From the NCBI RefSeq assembly GCF_022846255.1, contig NZ_AP025682.1: DNA of 64,000 nucleotides; one strand, written 5' to 3'. Of the stretch, positions 11,170 through 25,247 are shown piece by piece (position 1 is the first letter of the stretch; each line of letters starts with the position of its first letter). The translations under genes were made by a program, and so were the position numbers. The notes below the pieces were generated by a model that was not told the DNA's origin, made no database searches, and saw only the letters and a program-made list of their open reading frames with translations. Source of the stretch: Escherichia coli (GTDB lineage Bacteria; Pseudomonadota; Gammaproteobacteria; Enterobacterales; Enterobacteriaceae).

Positions 11170-12060
11170 ATGACAATATCGACAACTTCCACGCCGCATG
11201 ATGCGGTATTTAAATCTTTTTTACGCCATCCAGACACCGCCCGGGATTTTATTGATATTCATCTCCCCGCGCCGCTGCGCAAACTGTGTGATTTAACGAC
11301 GCTTAAACTGGAACCAAACAGTTTTATTGATGAAGACCTGCGGCAATATTATTCCGACCTCTTGTGGTCTGTGAAAACGCAGGAGGGAGTGGGTTATATT
11401 TATGTGGTGATAGAGCACCAAAGTAAGCCGGAAGAATTAATGGCTTTTCGCATGATGCGCTATTCCATTGCGGCGATGCAAAACCATCTTGATGCAGGCT
11501 ATAAAGAGCTTCCATTGGTGATCCCGATGCTGTTTTATCATGGTTGCAGAAGTCCTTATCCTTATTCACTCTGCTGGCTTGATGAATTTGCCGAGCCTGC
11601 TATAGCCCGCAAAATATATTCATCGGCTTTTCCGCTGGTGGATATTACCGTGGTGCCAGATGACGAGATTATGCAACATCGCAAAATGGCGCTGTTGGAG
11701 TTAATTCAGAAACATATTCGTCAGCGCGATCTGTTGGGATTAGTCGACCAAATTGTTTCGCTGCTAGTTACAGGGAACACTAATGACAGACAGCTAAAAG
11801 CCCTGTTTAATTATGTATTACAAACGGGGGATGCCCAGCGTTTCCGTGCATTTATTGGTGAGATAGCGGAACGCGCACCACAAGAAAAGGAGAAACTGAT
11901 GACCATTGCTGACAGATTACGTGAAGAAGGCGCAATGCAGGGCAAACACGAAGAAGCCCTGCGCATTGCTCAGGAGATGATGGAAAAAGGATTTGACCAC
12001 GAAGTCATCCTGACGCTGACCCGACTTTCACCAGACGATCTTATCGCGCAAAGCCACTAA
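11170..12060 (+). CDS. rpnB: Rpn-family recombination-promoting nuclease (YhgA-like, PD-(D/E)XK)
   Basis: 296-aa ORF recognised as E. coli YfcI/RpnB; SD GAGGGGTGA upstream. Confidence 0.88.
   Translation: MTISTTSTPHDAVFKSFLRHPDTARDFIDIHLPAPLRKLCDLTTLKLEPNSFIDEDLRQYYSDLLWSVKTQEGVGYIYVVIEHQSKPEELMAFRMMRYSIAAMQNHLDAGYKELPLVIPMLFYHGCRSPYPYSLCWLDEFAEPAIARKIYSSAFPLVDITVVPDDEIMQHRKMALLELIQKHIRQRDLLGLVDQIVSLLVTGNTNDRQLKALFNYVLQTGDAQRFRAFIGEIAERAPQEKEKLMTIADRLREEGAMQGKHEEALRIAQEMMEKGFDHEVILTLTRLSPDDLIAQSH
11899..12060 (+). CDS. Candidate internally initiated C-terminal small protein of rpnB (53 aa, in frame)
   Basis: AAGGAG at 11887..11892, 6-nt spacer, in-frame ATG at 11899; product [11 protein letters not shown]...AQSH. 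Confidence 0.35.
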   Translation: MTIADRLREEGAMQGKHEEALRIAQEMMEKGFDHEVILTLTRLSPDDLIAQSH

Positions 12061-12107
12061 CCCTGTAACACCGGGAGTTAACTGGCGGATGTTTGCAGTA
12101 AACCACA

Positions 12108-13001
12108 TCAGCGAACGACATCCGCCAGCGCCTCTTCTAAATCGTACCAGCGAAACGCAAAACCCGCTTCTTCCAGCTTTTTTGGCAGCGTGCGTTGACC
12201 GCCTAATACCAGAACTGAAGATTCGCCCATTAACAACCGAATGGCGGTCGCAGGGACGCGCAAAATGGCCGGGCGATGCAGCGCATGACCCAGTGCATGG
12301 GCAAATTGTTCATTGCGCACCGGGTAGGGCGAAACCATATTAAATGGCCCGCGCAGCTCTTTATCCAGCAGCCAGAGAATACCGTTGACCATATCATCAA
12401 TATGAATCCAGGCCAGATACTGCCGACCAGAGCCAATCGGCCCGCCCAGGCCAAAACGAAATGGCGGCAGCATTTTACCGAGAATACCGCCATCCGGTGC
12501 CAGCACTACGCCGGTACGCAGCAGGCACACTCGCGTTTTGTCACTTTGTGCCCGGCAGGCAATTTCTTCCCAGCGGGCGCAGAGTTTATGGGTAAATTCG
12601 TTATGCGGCGGTTCCTCTTCGGTAACCACCACTTCACCTAAGTCGCCATAATAGCCCGTTGCCGAGCCGGAAATGAGTACCGACGGCGGCGTGTCGCTGG
12701 CATTAATCAAATCGACCAGTTTTTGCGTGATATTCCAGCGGCTTTGGCAGAGACGCTCTTTTTGCTCGTGAGTCCAGCGTTTATCAGCAATCGGCTCTCC
12801 GGCCAGGTTGATTACCGCATCAACGCCGTTGAGGTTACTTTGATCGGCAAGCCCTTGCCATAGTGTCACCCGAGGGCCGAGAACAGAACTGGCTTTCTGC
12901 GGGTTACGCGTCATTACCGTGATTTGATGGCCCAGCTCCAGCAAACGTGGAATCAAATGGCGACCAATTAATCCCGTCCCTCCGGTGATCACTATGTTCA
13001 T
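12108..13001 (-). CDS. yfcH: NAD-dependent epimerase/dehydratase family protein
   Basis: 297 aa; N-terminal Rossmann motif GGTGLIG. Confidence 0.93.
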   Translation of the reverse strand: MNIVITGGTGLIGRHLIPRLLELGHQITVMTRNPQKASSVLGPRVTLWQGLADQSNLNGVDAVINLAGEPIADKRWTHEQKERLCQSRWNITQKLVDLINASDTPPSVLISGSATGYYGDLGEVVVTEEEPPHNEFTHKLCARWEEIACRAQSDKTRVCLLRTGVVLAPDGGILGKMLPPFRFGLGGPIGSGRQYLAWIHIDDMVNGILWLLDKELRGPFNMVSPYPVRNEQFAHALGHALHRPAILRVPATAIRLLMGESSVLVLGGQRTLPKKLEEAGFAFRWYDLEEALADVVR

Positions 13002-13021
13002 GCAGCCTCCCGATATGGCGG

Positions 13022-13384
13022 TTAACGCTGCCAGCTTAAGGTCATGGATACCGAATCGGCGTAGCGCAGCGCGTGCAGTTTATCGATCTCCACTTCAGCA
13101 TACGTCACCCAGTGATGTTCACGTGCGATATCGAGCACATCCTGAGTTAATTTTTCCAGCAAAGAGAAACGGTTATTCTCTACATGCTGAATAATGTTTT
13201 TCGTTACGGTGCGATAATTCAGCGCATCGTTGATATCTTCGCTAGTGCGCGCTTTATCGGCGGGGTAGTGGATCGTCACATTGATAACAATATCCTGACG
13301 GTTGTTAATTTCTTCTTCCTTAATTCCGATAAACGTACGTAAACGAAGGTTCTTTATACGAATAATAGCGGCAGGTTGTGCCAT
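13022..13384 (-). CDS. folX: Dihydroneopterin triphosphate 2'-epimerase
   Basis: 120-aa ORF recognised as FolX. Confidence 0.94.
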
Positions 13385-13440
13385 TGCAGGTTCTCCGTTG
13401 TTTTACTTAGAATGAAATAATACACGAGAACCTGTTTCTG

Positions 13441-14917
<1,477 letters not shown>

Positions 14918-14920
14918 TGA

Positions 14921-15475
14921 GTGATGAAACTGATGTTTGCATCGGACATTCATGGGTCGTTACCGGCGACGGAACGTGTTCTGGAGTTGTTTGCCCAAAG
15001 CGGTGCCCAGTGGCTGGTGATCCTTGGCGACGTGTTGAATCATGGCCCGCGTAATGCTTTACCGGAGGGTTACGCGCCAGCCAAAGTCGCTGAACGGCTT
15101 AATGAAGTGGCACATAAGGTTATCGCTGTGCGCGGCAACTGCGACAGCGAAGTGGATCAAATGCTGCTGCATTTCCCGATAACCGCGCCGTGGCAACAGG
15201 TATTACTGGAAAAACAACGTCTGTTTTTGACGCATGGTCATCTTTTTGGCCCGGAAAATCTACCTGCTTTAAACCAGAACGATGTGCTGGTGTACGGTCA
15301 TACCCATCTGCCAGTGGCAGAACAGCGGGGGGAGATTTTCCACTTCAACCCCGGCTCGGTGAGTATTCCGAAAGGCGGTAATCCGGCGAGTTATGGCATG
15401 CTGGATAATGACGTACTTAGTGTAATCGCACTCAATGATCAAAGTATCATTGCGCAGGTCGCGATTAATCCGTAA
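14921..15475 (+). CDS. yfcE: Metallophosphoesterase (phosphodiesterase)
   Basis: 184 aa; calcineurin-like motifs DIHG, GDVLNHG, GNCD, GHTH. Confidence 0.93.
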   Translation: MMKLMFASDIHGSLPATERVLELFAQSGAQWLVILGDVLNHGPRNALPEGYAPAKVAERLNEVAHKVIAVRGNCDSEVDQMLLHFPITAPWQQVLLEKQRLFLTHGHLFGPENLPALNQNDVLVYGHTHLPVAEQRGEIFHFNPGSVSIPKGGNPASYGMLDNDVLSVIALNDQSIIAQVAINP

Positions 15476-15532
15476 TTTACCCACAACTCAAAATGCGCCG
15501 TAAGAGCGCCAGAAAAAGAAGGTTTCCTGATA

Positions 15533-16075
15533 ATGGAACAGCGTCGTTTGGCAAGTACTGAATGGGTGGATATTGTCAATGAAGAGAACGAAGTCATTGC
15601 ACAAGCCAGCCGGGAACAAATGCGGGCACAGTGTCTGCGTCATCGTGCAACTTATATCGTCGTGCATGATGGCATGGGCAAAATTCTGGTCCAGCGTCGT
15701 ACCGAGACAAAAGACTTTTTACCCGGCATGTTAGATGCGACCGCAGGCGGTGTAGTCCAGGCCGATGAGCAACTGCTGGAATCCGCGCGTCGCGAAGCGG
15801 AAGAAGAGTTGGGCATTGCCGGTGTCCCCTTTGCCGAGCACGGGCAGTTCTATTTCGAAGATAAAAATTGCCGTGTCTGGGGCGCGTTGTTCAGCTGCGT
15901 CTCTCACGGTCCCTTCGCTCTACAGGAAGATGAAGTCAGTGAAGTTTGCTGGCTGACGCCGGAAGAAATCACCGCACGCTGCGATGAGTTCACTCCAGAC
16001 TCGCTGAAAGCGCTGGCGTTGTGGATGAAGCGCAATGCCAAAAATGAAACCGTAGAGACTGAAACGGCAGAATGA
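15533..16075 (+). CDS. yfcD: Nudix hydrolase
   Basis: 180 aa; Nudix box ...[13 protein letters not shown]... Confidence 0.92.
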   Translation: MEQRRLASTEWVDIVNEENEVIAQASREQMRAQCLRHRATYIVVHDGMGKILVQRRTETKDFLPGMLDATAGGVVQADEQLLESARREAEEELGIAGVPFAEHGQFYFEDKNCRVWGALFSCVSHGPFALQEDEVSEVCWLTPEEITARCDEFTPDSLKALALWMKRNAKNETVETETAE

Positions 16076-16109
16076 AAAAAGAGCCGCAATTGCGGCTCTT
16101 AACATTTTT
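16075..16109. terminator. Bidirectional terminator between convergent yfcD and yfcC
   Basis: A6-AGAGCCGCAATTGCGGCTCT-TAACATTTTT. Confidence 0.7.
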
Positions 16110-17628
16110 AGTGGTAGCCCATCAACTGAGCGCCGATCACCACGACGCTGGACATAATAAACAGCAGTCCAAGCAGTGTCGCGCCCACCTTCAGCCAGTT
16201 ACGGAAGTCCACCCGGCAAACACCGAGCGTTGCCATTAACGAAGCTGAGGTCGGGTAAATGATGTGGCTGAAGCCATCACCAAACTGGAACGCCAGAACG
16301 GTAACCTGACGGTTTACACCGACCAGATCGCCAAGCGGTGCCAGTAACGGCATGGTTAACGCCGCCTGACCAGAACCAGACGTCACGAAGAAATTAAATA
16401 CCGCCTGGAAGAGCAACATAAACCAGGCCGCGACCGCGTTATCCAGACCGCTAATGGCATTGGCAATGCTGTTGAGGATGGTATTTAACACGCTGGCATC
16501 ACCCGCTTCACCATTACCGACCAGCAGCAAAATCCCTTTGGCGAAACCCACCAGCAGGGCAGGGGCGATCATCATTCGCGCTCCTTCGGTAAAGGATGAA
16601 GCCATGGTATTAACCGTCATGCCGTTAAGGCGGAAAACAACGCCGATGATGCCAATCACCAGACCCATGGTGAAGAACTGGCTGGCAATTTCAGGAATAA
16701 ACCAGGCATTAACGATCACGCCCCAAATCACCCAGACCATTACGGCGGTCAGGACAATTAATACCAGCCAGTCACCAAAGGTAAACGGACGTTGTTCAAC
16801 ATCCGCCTGCTTTTCACGAAAGAAGCGGTCGGACTCATGCACGCGTGACAGAAGAGGATTCTTTTTCACTCGTGAGGCGTACACCATGGTAAAGATCAGG
16901 CCAATCAGAGTGGCGATAACCCACACCACGATGCGCAACCCGGAGCCAGAAAGCACCGGAACGCCGGCAATCCCCTGAGCAACAACCACACAAAACGGGT
17001 TCATCCACGAACTGGCAAAACCGATTTGCGTGGCGATATAGGTCACCAGGACGGTGGTAATACTGTCATAGCCCAGCCGGACCATTAGCGGTGCGATGAT
17101 AATGGCAAAGGCGACGGCCTCTTCTCCCATACCAAATACCGCGCCGCCAAGTGAAAACAGAATAAAGAGCGCAGGAATAAAGAGAATTTCATTTCCGCGG
17201 GTATGGCGAATAAGCGCCAGGATACCGTTATCAATGGTTCCTGTACGCATCACAATGCCAAACGCGCCGCCAATCACCAGCATAAACATGATGATGCCAA
17301 CGGCTGTCCCGTATTTCGATCCTGAGGTTAACCCTTCAAACGGGAAGTTCATCAGGCCCGGGCGTTCATCGCCCGTCGTGAACAGCTGTACGCGGTGATA
17401 CTCAGGTTCGCCTGCTTCGTTAGTCAGAATGCGAAATGAGTGTGGATCTACGACTTTGCGTGTTTTTGTTTGACCATCAACCTGATACTGCACTTCCTGA
17501 CTGTCAAACATGCCCACCGGAACTACCCAGGTGGCAAGGCTGGTTAAAATGGCAACAAAAAAGATAATCACCAACGTATCGGGCATTGCCCATCTTCTTG
17601 TTGGTTTAGATTCAGTGATTGCGGACAT
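16108..17628 (-). CDS. yfcC: Putative transporter, YfcC family (C4-dicarboxylate anaerobic carrier-like)
   Basis: ORF 16108..17649; start set at internal ATG giving MSAITESKPTRRW..., 506 aa, polytopic. Confidence 0.9.
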   Translation of the reverse strand: MSAITESKPTRRWAMPDTLVIIFFVAILTSLATWVVPVGMFDSQEVQYQVDGQTKTRKVVDPHSFRILTNEAGEPEYHRVQLFTTGDERPGLMNFPFEGLTSGSKYGTAVGIIMFMLVIGGAFGIVMRTGTIDNGILALIRHTRGNEILFIPALFILFSLGGAVFGMGEEAVAFAIIIAPLMVRLGYDSITTVLVTYIATQIGFASSWMNPFCVVVAQGIAGVPVLSGSGLRIVVWVIATLIGLIFTMVYASRVKKNPLLSRVHESDRFFREKQADVEQRPFTFGDWLVLIVLTAVMVWVIWGVIVNAWFIPEIASQFFTMGLVIGIIGVVFRLNGMTVNTMASSFTEGARMMIAPALLVGFAKGILLLVGNGEAGDASVLNTILNSIANAISGLDNAVAAWFMLLFQAVFNFFVTSGSGQAALTMPLLAPLGDLVGVNRQVTVLAFQFGDGFSHIIYPTSASLMATLGVCRVDFRNWLKVGATLLGLLFIMSSVVVIGAQLMGYH

Positions 17629-17744
17629 AGCGCAAATATTCCCTTGCACAAAACAAAGTGGTAAGTATGCAAATTGAGATGGCGCAATTCATTGATGCAG
17701 CGCAGTTAAGCAAGATAATCAGAAAGGATTAATGCAAATTAAGA

Positions 17745-17776
17745 GAATAAAAAACCGGAAATAGTGACTATTTCCG
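17745..17776 (-). terminator. Rho-independent terminator after pta
   Basis: Minus strand CCGGAAATAGTCACTATTTCCGG followed by TTTTT. Confidence 0.75.
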
Positions 17777-17817
17777 GTTCAGATATCCGCAGCGTAAAGC
17801 TGCGGATGATGACGAGA

Positions 17818-19962
17818 TTACTGCTGCTGTGCAGACTGAATCGCAGTCAGCGCGATGGTGTAGACGATATCGTCAACCAGTGCGCCACGGGACAGGTCGT
17901 TAACCGGCTTGCGCATACCCTGCAGCATCGGTCCGATAGAGATCAGGTCAGCAGAACGCTGTACCGCTTTGTAGGTGGTGTTACCGGTGTTCAGATCCGG
18001 GAAGATGAACACGGTAGCGCGACCTGCAACCGGAGAGTTCGGTGCTTTGGATTTCGCAACGTCAGCCATTACCGCAGCGTCGTACTGCAGCGGACCGTCG
18101 ATCATCAGGTCAGGACGTTTTTCCTGCGCCAGACGAGTTGCTTCGCGAACTTTTTCTACGTCGCTACCAGCACCAGAAGTCCCGGTGGAGTAGGAGAGCA
18201 TAGCAACGCGCGGTTCGATACCGAAGGCCGCAGCGGAATCTGCGGACTGAATCGCGATTTCTGCCAGCTGTTCTGCGGTCGGATCCGGGTTGATCGCACA
18301 GTCACCGTAAACGTAAACCTGTTCCGGCAGCAGCATGAAGAACACGGAAGATACCAGGGAGCTGCCCGGTGCAGTTTTGATCAGCTGCAGCGGCGGACGG
18401 ATGGTGTTTGCGGTAGTGTGAACAGCACCGGAAACCAGACCATCAACTTCATCCTGTTCCAGCATCAGCGTACCGAGAACCACGTTGTCTTCCAGCTGTT
18501 CGCGGGCAACGGTTTCGGTCATGCCTTTGTTCTTACGCAGTTCGACCAGACGACCAACATAGCTTTCGCGAACCACTTCTGGATCAACGATTTCAATGCC
18601 TGCACCCAGTTCTACACCCTGAGACGCTGCAACACGGTTGATCTCTGCCGGATTACCCAGCAGTACGCAAGTTGCGATACCACGTTCAGCACAGATAGCG
18701 GCTGCCTTAACGGTACGCGGTTCGTCACCTTCCGGCAGAACGATACGTTTGCCCGCTTTGCGCGCAAGTTCAGTCAGCTGATAACGGAACGCCGGCGGAG
18801 ACAGACGACGGCTGCGCTCAGAAGTGGCCGTCAGAGAATCGATCCAGTCAGCGTTGATGTAGTTAGCAACGTATTCCTGAACTTTCTCGATACGCTCGTG
18901 ATCGTCAACCGGAACTTCCAGGTTGAAGCTCTGCAGGCTCAGAGAAGTCTGCCAGGTGTTGGTGTTCACCATAAATACCGGCAGGCCTGTAGCGAAAGCA
19001 CGTTCGCACAGTTTAGAAATGCGCGCGTCCATTTCGTAGCCGCCAGTCAGCAGCAGGGCACCGATTTCTACGCCGTTCATGGCAGCCAGGCACGCGGCAA
19101 CCAGCACGTCAGGACGGTCTGCGGAAGTCACCAGCAGAGAACCGGCACGGAAGTGCTCCAGCATGTGTGGAATGCTGCGTGCGCAGAAAGTGACGGATTT
19201 AACGCGGCGAGTATTGATGTCGCCTTCGTTGATGATGGTCGCATTCAGGTGGCGAGCCATATCGATCGCACGAGTCGCGATCAGGTCAAAGCTCCACGGC
19301 ACCGCGCCGAGAACCGGCAGCGGGCTGGATTCTTGCAGCTTCGCCGGATCAACATTGTTTACTTTAGCTTTGGAAGAGTCGTCGAAAATCTCGGACAGAT
19401 CCGGGCGAGTACGACCCTGTTCATCAACCGGTGCGTTCAGTTTGTTAACGATAACGCCGGTGATGTTGGTGTTTTTGGCACCGCCGAAGCTGTTGCGGGT
19501 CAGTTCGATACGCTCTTTCAGCTGTTCCGGGGTGTCAGTGCCCTGAGACATAACGAAGACGATTTCCGCATTCAGCGTTTTAGCGATTTCGTAGTTCAGA
19601 GACTGGGCAAACTGGTGTTTACGTGTCGGGACCAGACCTTCAACCAGAACGACTTCAGCGTCTTTGGTGTTAGCGTGGTAGTTCGCGATGATCTCTTCCA
19701 TCAGCACATCTTTCTGATTGCTGGAAAGCAGACCTTCAACGTAGCTCATTTTCAGCGGTTCAGCGGCCGTCGTGGTGGAAGAGTTCGCACGCACGATAGT
19801 CGTAGTCTGATCGGGCGCATCGCCACCGGTACGCGGCTGAGCGATAGGTTTGAAAACGCTCAGACGAACGCCTTTGCGTTCCATTGCACGGATCACGCCA
19901 AGGCTGACGCTGGTCAGACCGACGCTGGTTCCGGTAGGGATCAGCATAATAATACGGGACAC
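17818..19962 (-). CDS. pta: Phosphate acetyltransferase
   Basis: 714-aa ORF recognised as Pta; downstream of ackA on same strand. Confidence 0.98.
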   Translation of the reverse strand: MSRIIMLIPTGTSVGLTSVSLGVIRAMERKGVRLSVFKPIAQPRTGGDAPDQTTTIVRANSSTTTAAEPLKMSYVEGLLSSNQKDVLMEEIIANYHANTKDAEVVLVEGLVPTRKHQFAQSLNYEIAKTLNAEIVFVMSQGTDTPEQLKERIELTRNSFGGAKNTNITGVIVNKLNAPVDEQGRTRPDLSEIFDDSSKAKVNNVDPAKLQESSPLPVLGAVPWSFDLIATRAIDMARHLNATIINEGDINTRRVKSVTFCARSIPHMLEHFRAGSLLVTSADRPDVLVAACLAAMNGVEIGALLLTGGYEMDARISKLCERAFATGLPVFMVNTNTWQTSLSLQSFNLEVPVDDHERIEKVQEYVANYINADWIDSLTATSERSRRLSPPAFRYQLTELARKAGKRIVLPEGDEPRTVKAAAICAERGIATCVLLGNPAEINRVAASQGVELGAGIEIVDPEVVRESYVGRLVELRKNKGMTETVAREQLEDNVVLGTLMLEQDEVDGLVSGAVHTTANTIRPPLQLIKTAPGSSLVSSVFFMLLPEQVYVYGDCAINPDPTAEQLAEIAIQSADSAAAFGIEPRVAMLSYSTGTSGAGSDVEKVREATRLAQEKRPDLMIDGPLQYDAAVMADVAKSKAPNSPVAGRATVFIFPDLNTGNTTYKAVQRSADLISIGPMLQGMRKPVNDLSRGALVDDIVYTIALTAIQSAQQQ

Positions 19963-20036
19963 GGTTTATCCTCTTTCGTTACCGCCGATTTGGCGGGTTA
20001 CAAAACAGCACCGCCAGCTGAGCTGGCGGTGTGAAA

Positions 20037-21239
20037 TCAGGCAGTCAGGCGGCTCGCGTCTTGCGCGATAACCAGTTCTTCGTTGGTTGGGATAACCACC
20101 GCAGGACGGGTACCTTCTTTGTTGATGAAACCAGATTTGCCGAAACGTGCAGCCAGGTTGCGTTCATGATCAACTTCAAAGCCCAGCACGCCCAGTTTGC
20201 CCAGAGACAGTTCACGAACCATCGCGGCATTTTCACCGATACCACCGGTGAATACAACAGCGTCCAGACGACCATCCATCAGCGCAGTGTAGGCACCGAT
20301 GTATTTGGCCAGGCGGTGGCAGTAAACGTCCATTGCGCGCTTCGCGTCTTCTTTCGTCGCGTAGTTGTCTTCAACATAGCGGCAGTCGCTGGTCACTTCG
20401 GTCAGACCCAGCAGGCCAGACTCTTTGGTCAGCAGTTTGTTGATTGCGTCAACGCTCATGCCCAGGGTGTCGTGCAGGTGGAAGATGATCGCCGGATCGA
20501 TATCACCAGAACGGGTACCCATGACCAGACCTTCCAGCGGGGTCAGGCCCATAGAGGTGTCAACGCATTTACCGTTGCGGATAGCAGAAACGGAACCACC
20601 GTTGCCCAGGTGGCAGGTGATGATGTTCAGTTCTTCTACCGGTTTGTTCAGCATTTTTGCCGCTTCCTGGGTTACATAGAAGTGGCTGGTGCCGTGCGCG
20701 CCGTAACGACGGATGCCGTGCTCTTTGTACAGGTTGTACGGCAGGGCGTAGAGGTAAGACTCTTCCGGCATAGTCTGGTGGAACGCGGTGTCAAATACAG
20801 CAACGTTTTTGTCTTTCAGCTGTGGGAAAGATTTCAGAGCTTCTTCGATACCGATCAGGTGAGCCGGGTTGTGCAGCGGTGCAAAAGAAGCTGCATCTTT
20901 GATACCCTGAATAACAGACTCATCGATCACTACGGAGCTGGTATACTTTTCGCCGCCGTGTACGATACGGTGACCGATAGCGGTCAGCTGCGCAGACAGT
21001 TCTGGTTTTTGTGCCAGAATAGTATTAACGATAAAGTTGAGCGCTTCGCTGTGAGCGGCGCCTGCACCTAAAGCCGCTTCCTGTTTATTGCCGTCCATTT
21101 TCCATTTGATACGTGCTTCGGGCAGGTGGAAACATTCGGCTAAACCAGAAAGGTACTCTTCACCATTTACTGCATCGATGATTGCAAATTTCAGTGAAGA
21201 ACTACCGCAGTTCAGAACCAGTACTAACTTACTCGACAT
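20037..21239 (-). CDS. ackA: Acetate kinase
   Basis: 400-aa [23 protein letters not shown]... Confidence 0.98.
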   Translation of the reverse strand: MSSKLVLVLNCGSSSLKFAIIDAVNGEEYLSGLAECFHLPEARIKWKMDGNKQEAALGAGAAHSEALNFIVNTILAQKPELSAQLTAIGHRIVHGGEKYTSSVVIDESVIQGIKDAASFAPLHNPAHLIGIEEALKSFPQLKDKNVAVFDTAFHQTMPEESYLYALPYNLYKEHGIRRYGAHGTSHFYVTQEAAKMLNKPVEELNIITCHLGNGGSVSAIRNGKCVDTSMGLTPLEGLVMGTRSGDIDPAIIFHLHDTLGMSVDAINKLLTKESGLLGLTEVTSDCRYVEDNYATKEDAKRAMDVYCHRLAKYIGAYTALMDGRLDAVVFTGGIGENAAMVRELSLGKLGVLGFEVDHERNLAARFGKSGFINKEGTRPAVVIPTNEELVIAQDASRLTA

Positions 21240-21576
21240 GGAAGTACCTATAATTGATACGTGGCTAAAAAAACGTCAGGGAGCCATAGAGCGTAGCGCA
21301 TGATGACACTGACATTTATGATTAACATCATGCACTGCAAATTTTTTTTGCATGATGGAAGAAATATCTTGAGTCTATGCCATTTTGCGTAATTTTCAGC
21401 CAATGGCATAATGTATATGAATTTGACGACTCAATGAATATGTACTACTTAGGCCTTCAGGCTGCTAAAGGATACCTGATAGTGGGTATGGAAGACAAAA
21501 TGTTTTGAACGTTGTCCCGCTGAGTTGTGAATTTGCACAAATTTTTGAATCTTTATATGTGAAGTTGAGGTGAAGC

Positions 21577-22032
21577 ATGTCAACGCCGGATAATCGTTCT
21601 GTTAATTTTTTTAGCTTGTTTCGCCGGGGACAGCATTACTCAAAGACGTGGCCGCTGGAAAAACGCCTTGCCCCGGTCTTTGTCGAAAATCGCGTTATCA
21701 AGATGACGCGTTATGCGATCCGTTTTATGCCGCCGATCGCCGTATTTACTCTCTGCTGGCAGATTGCCCTGGGCGGTCAGCTTGGGCCGGCAGTTGCCAC
21801 TGCGCTGTTCGCTTTAAGTTTACCCATGCAGGGATTGTGGTGGCTGGGCAAACGTTCTGTAACGCCATTACCCCCTGCAATCCTTAACTGGTTTTATGAA
21901 GTTCGCGGTAAATTGCAGGAGTCTGGACAGGTGTTGGCACCCGTTGAAGGCAAGCCTGATTACCAGGCATTAGCTGACACGCTTAAGCGCGCCTTCAAAC
22001 AACTGGATAAAACTTTCCTTGATGATTTGTAA
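21577..22032 (+). CDS. yfbV: UPF0208 inner membrane protein
   Basis: 151 aa; SD GAGGTGAAG upstream; divergent from ackA. Confidence 0.93.
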
Positions 22033-22036
22033 TTGA

Positions 22037-22609
<573 letters not shown>

Positions 22610-22619
22610 GGAGGCCCGC

Positions 22620-23270
22620 GTGCGGTGCAAAGGTTTTCTGTTTGATCTTGATGGAACGCTGGTGGATTCCCTGCCTGCGGTAGAACGGGCGTGGAGCAAC
22701 TGGGCCAGACGTCATGGGTTATCGCCGGAAGAGGTGCTGGCTTTCATTCACGGTAAACAGGCGATCACCTCTCTGCGCCATTTTATGGCGGGCAAATCCG
22801 AGGCAGACATTGCCGCCGAGTTTACGCGTCTGGAGCACATCGAGGCCACGGAAACCGAAGGTATTACTGCGCTTCCGGGGGCAATCGCCTTACTCAATCA
22901 TTTGAATAAAGCAGGTATTCCGTGGGCTATTGTGACTTCTGGCTCCATGCCGGTAGCGCGAGCGCGTCATAAAATAGCGGGGCTTCCCGCGCCAGAGGTG
23001 TTTGTAACCGCTGAGCGGGTGAAGCGCGGAAAACCAGAACCTGATGCGTATCTGTTAGGCGCGCAGCTGCTGGGGCTTGCGCCGCAGGAGTGTGTTGTGG
23101 TGGAAGATGCTCCCGCTGGCGTGCTTTCAGGTCTGGCGGCGGGTTGCCATGTTATTGCGGTTAATGCCCCGGCAGATACCCCGCGCCTGAATGAAGTCGA
23201 TTTAGTCCTCCACAGTCTGGAGCAAATTACTGTGACCAAACAGCCAAATGGCGATGTTATTATTCAGTGA
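22620..23270 (+). CDS. hxpA: HAD-family sugar/hexitol phosphatase
   Basis: 216 aa, GTG start, HAD motif I FDLDGTL; recognised as YfbT/HxpA. Confidence 0.93.
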   Translation: MRCKGFLFDLDGTLVDSLPAVERAWSNWARRHGLSPEEVLAFIHGKQAITSLRHFMAGKSEADIAAEFTRLEHIEATETEGITALPGAIALLNHLNKAGIPWAIVTSGSMPVARARHKIAGLPAPEVFVTAERVKRGKPEPDAYLLGAQLLGLAPQECVVVEDAPAGVLSGLAAGCHVIAVNAPADTPRLNEVDLVLHSLEQITVTKQPNGDVIIQ

Positions 23271-23288
23271 AACACCTGATCATGATTT

Positions 23289-23314
23289 AGCCCCGTCTCG
23301 TCGGGGCTTTTTTA
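23289..23314 (+). terminator. Rho-independent terminator after hxpA(yfbT)
   Basis: AGCCCCG-TCTCG-TCGGGGCT followed by TTTTT. Confidence 0.8.
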
Positions 23315-23356
23315 TGGCAGAATCAAGTTATCCCCCTCAATTAACAAGGATAAGTT

Positions 23357-25189
23357 GTGAACGGTGAATTGATTTGGGTTCTTTCATTACTGGCCGTTGC
23401 CATCGTCTTGTTTGCGACGGGCAGAGTGCGTATGGATGCGGTCGCTTTGTTTGTTATTGTCGCGTTTGCATTAAGCGGAACGCTGACGGTCCCCGAAGTA
23501 TTTTCCGGCTTTTCCGATCCTAACGTTGTCCTGATTGCCGCCTTGTTCATTATTGGCGATGGTTTGGTCCGTACCGGTGTTGCCACTGTAATGGGGACAT
23601 GGCTGGTCAAAGTGGCGGGCAACAGTGAAATCAAAATGTTGGTTTTGTTGATGCTGACCGTCGCGGGGCTTGGCGCGTTTATGAGTTCAACCGGCGTTGT
23701 CGCTATCTTTATTCCCGTGGTGTTAAGCGTTGCCATGCGTATGCAAACGTCGCCGTCGCGTCTGATGATGCCGTTAAGTTTTGCCGGGCTGATAAGCGGC
23801 ATGATGACGCTGGTGGCGACGCCGCCGAACCTGGTAGTCAACAGTGAATTGCTGCGTGAAGGCTATCACGGCTTCAGTTTCTTTAGCGTAACACCTATTG
23901 GCCTGGTCGTGCTGGTGCTGGGTATTTTGTATATGTTAGTGATGCGTTTCATGCTGAAAGGGGATACCCAGACCCCACAACGCGAAGGCTGGACGCGCCG
24001 AACCTTTCGCGATCTTATCCGTGAATATCGACTGACCGGGCGTGCGCGACGTCTGGCTATTCGCCCCGGATCGCCAATGATTGGTCAACGGCTGGACGAT
24101 CTCAAATTACGTGAACGTTATGGTGCTAACGTCATCGGTGTTGAACGCTGGCGGCGTTTTCGTCGCGTTATCGTGAACGTTAATGGGGTTTCTGAATTTC
24201 GCGCGCGTGACGTTTTGCTTATTGATATGTCTGCGGCTGATGTCGATCTCCGGCAATTTTGTAGTGAGCAATTGCTGGAGCCGATGGTACTGCGCGGCGA
24301 GTATTTTTCTGACCAGGCCCTTGATGTGGGCATGGCAGAGATTTCATTAATTCCTGAGTCAGAACTTATTGGTAAATCGGTGCGCGAAATTGGTTTTCGT
24401 ACCCGCTACGGATTGAATGTGGTGGGGCTAAAGCGCAATGGTGTGGCGCTGGAAGGTTCGCTGGCGGATGAGCCTCTGCTGCTGGGCGATATCATTCTGG
24501 TTGTTGGTAACTGGAAACTGATCGGTATGCTGGCCAAACAGGGCCGCGACTTCGTAGCGCTGAACTTACCGGAAGAGGTGAGTGAAGCATCGCCCGCGCA
24601 CAGCCAGGCACCCCATGCCATTTTCTGTCTGGTGCTAATGGTGGCGTTAATGCTGACCGATGAAATTCCTAATCCTGTTGCCGCTATTATCGCCTGCCTG
24701 CTGATGGGGAAATTCCGCTGTATAGATGCTGAAAGCGCCTATAAATCCATTCACTGGCCGAGCATTATTTTGATCGTTGGGATGATGCCATTTGCTGTGG
24801 CATTACAGAAAACGGGAGGTGTCGCGCTGGCGGTGAAAGGGCTGATGGACATTGGCGGCGGTTATGGGCCACATATGATGCTGGGTTGTTTGTTTGTCTT
24901 GTCGGCGGTTATTGGGCTATTTATTTCTAATACCGCGACGGCGGTGTTGATGGCTCCGATTGCGCTGGCTGCTGCCAAAACGATGGGGGTGTCGCCTTAT
25001 CCATTTGCGATGGTCGTGGCGATGGCAGCATCCGCCGCCTTTATGACACCGATATCTTCACCTGTTAACACACTGGTTTTAGGTCCGGGGAATTACAGCT
25101 TCAGTGACTTTGTTAAGTTGGGGGTACCGTTCACCATTATCGTGATGGCGGTTTGTGTGGTGATGATCCCGATGCTGTTTCCGTTTTGA
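23357..25189 (+). CDS. yfbS: SLC13/DASS-family transporter with central TrkA-C (RCK_C) domains
   Basis: 610 aa, GTG start; hydrophobic N- and C-terminal halves around a soluble region. Confidence 0.92.
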   Translation: MNGELIWVLSLLAVAIVLFATGRVRMDAVALFVIVAFALSGTLTVPEVFSGFSDPNVVLIAALFIIGDGLVRTGVATVMGTWLVKVAGNSEIKMLVLLMLTVAGLGAFMSSTGVVAIFIPVVLSVAMRMQTSPSRLMMPLSFAGLISGMMTLVATPPNLVVNSELLREGYHGFSFFSVTPIGLVVLVLGILYMLVMRFMLKGDTQTPQREGWTRRTFRDLIREYRLTGRARRLAIRPGSPMIGQRLDDLKLRERYGANVIGVERWRRFRRVIVNVNGVSEFRARDVLLIDMSAADVDLRQFCSEQLLEPMVLRGEYFSDQALDVGMAEISLIPESELIGKSVREIGFRTRYGLNVVGLKRNGVALEGSLADEPLLLGDIILVVGNWKLIGMLAKQGRDFVALNLPEEVSEASPAHSQAPHAIFCLVLMVALMLTDEIPNPVAAIIACLLMGKFRCIDAESAYKSIHWPSIILIVGMMPFAVALQKTGGVALAVKGLMDIGGGYGPHMMLGCLFVLSAVIGLFISNTATAVLMAPIALAAAKTMGVSPYPFAMVVAMAASAAFMTPISSPVNTLVLGPGNYSFSDFVKLGVPFTIIVMAVCVVMIPMLFPF

Positions 25190-25194
25190 CAAGA

Positions 25195-25244
25195 GCCTGA
25201 TGTCGCATCCGGTGCTTATTGCCTGATGCGACGCAGACTCCGGC
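25195..25244. repeat. REP-like palindromic element
   Basis: GCCTGATGTCGCATCCGG...GCCTGATGCGACGC between yfbS and yfbR. Confidence 0.6.
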
Positions 25245-25247
25245 TGC

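Noticed and set aside
17764-20034. 756-aa plus-strand ORF antisense to pta, and similar long antisense ORFs opposite ackA (20031..21071), nuoC (31120..32562), nuoG (34824..35822), nuoL (39676..41121), nuoM/nuoN, menD and arnA
   Set aside because: They lie entirely within well-recognised genes on the opposite strand and their translations are low-complexity and Arg/His/Gln-rich. This is the usual stop-codon-poor antisense frame of GC-rich, codon-biased genes, not coding sequence.
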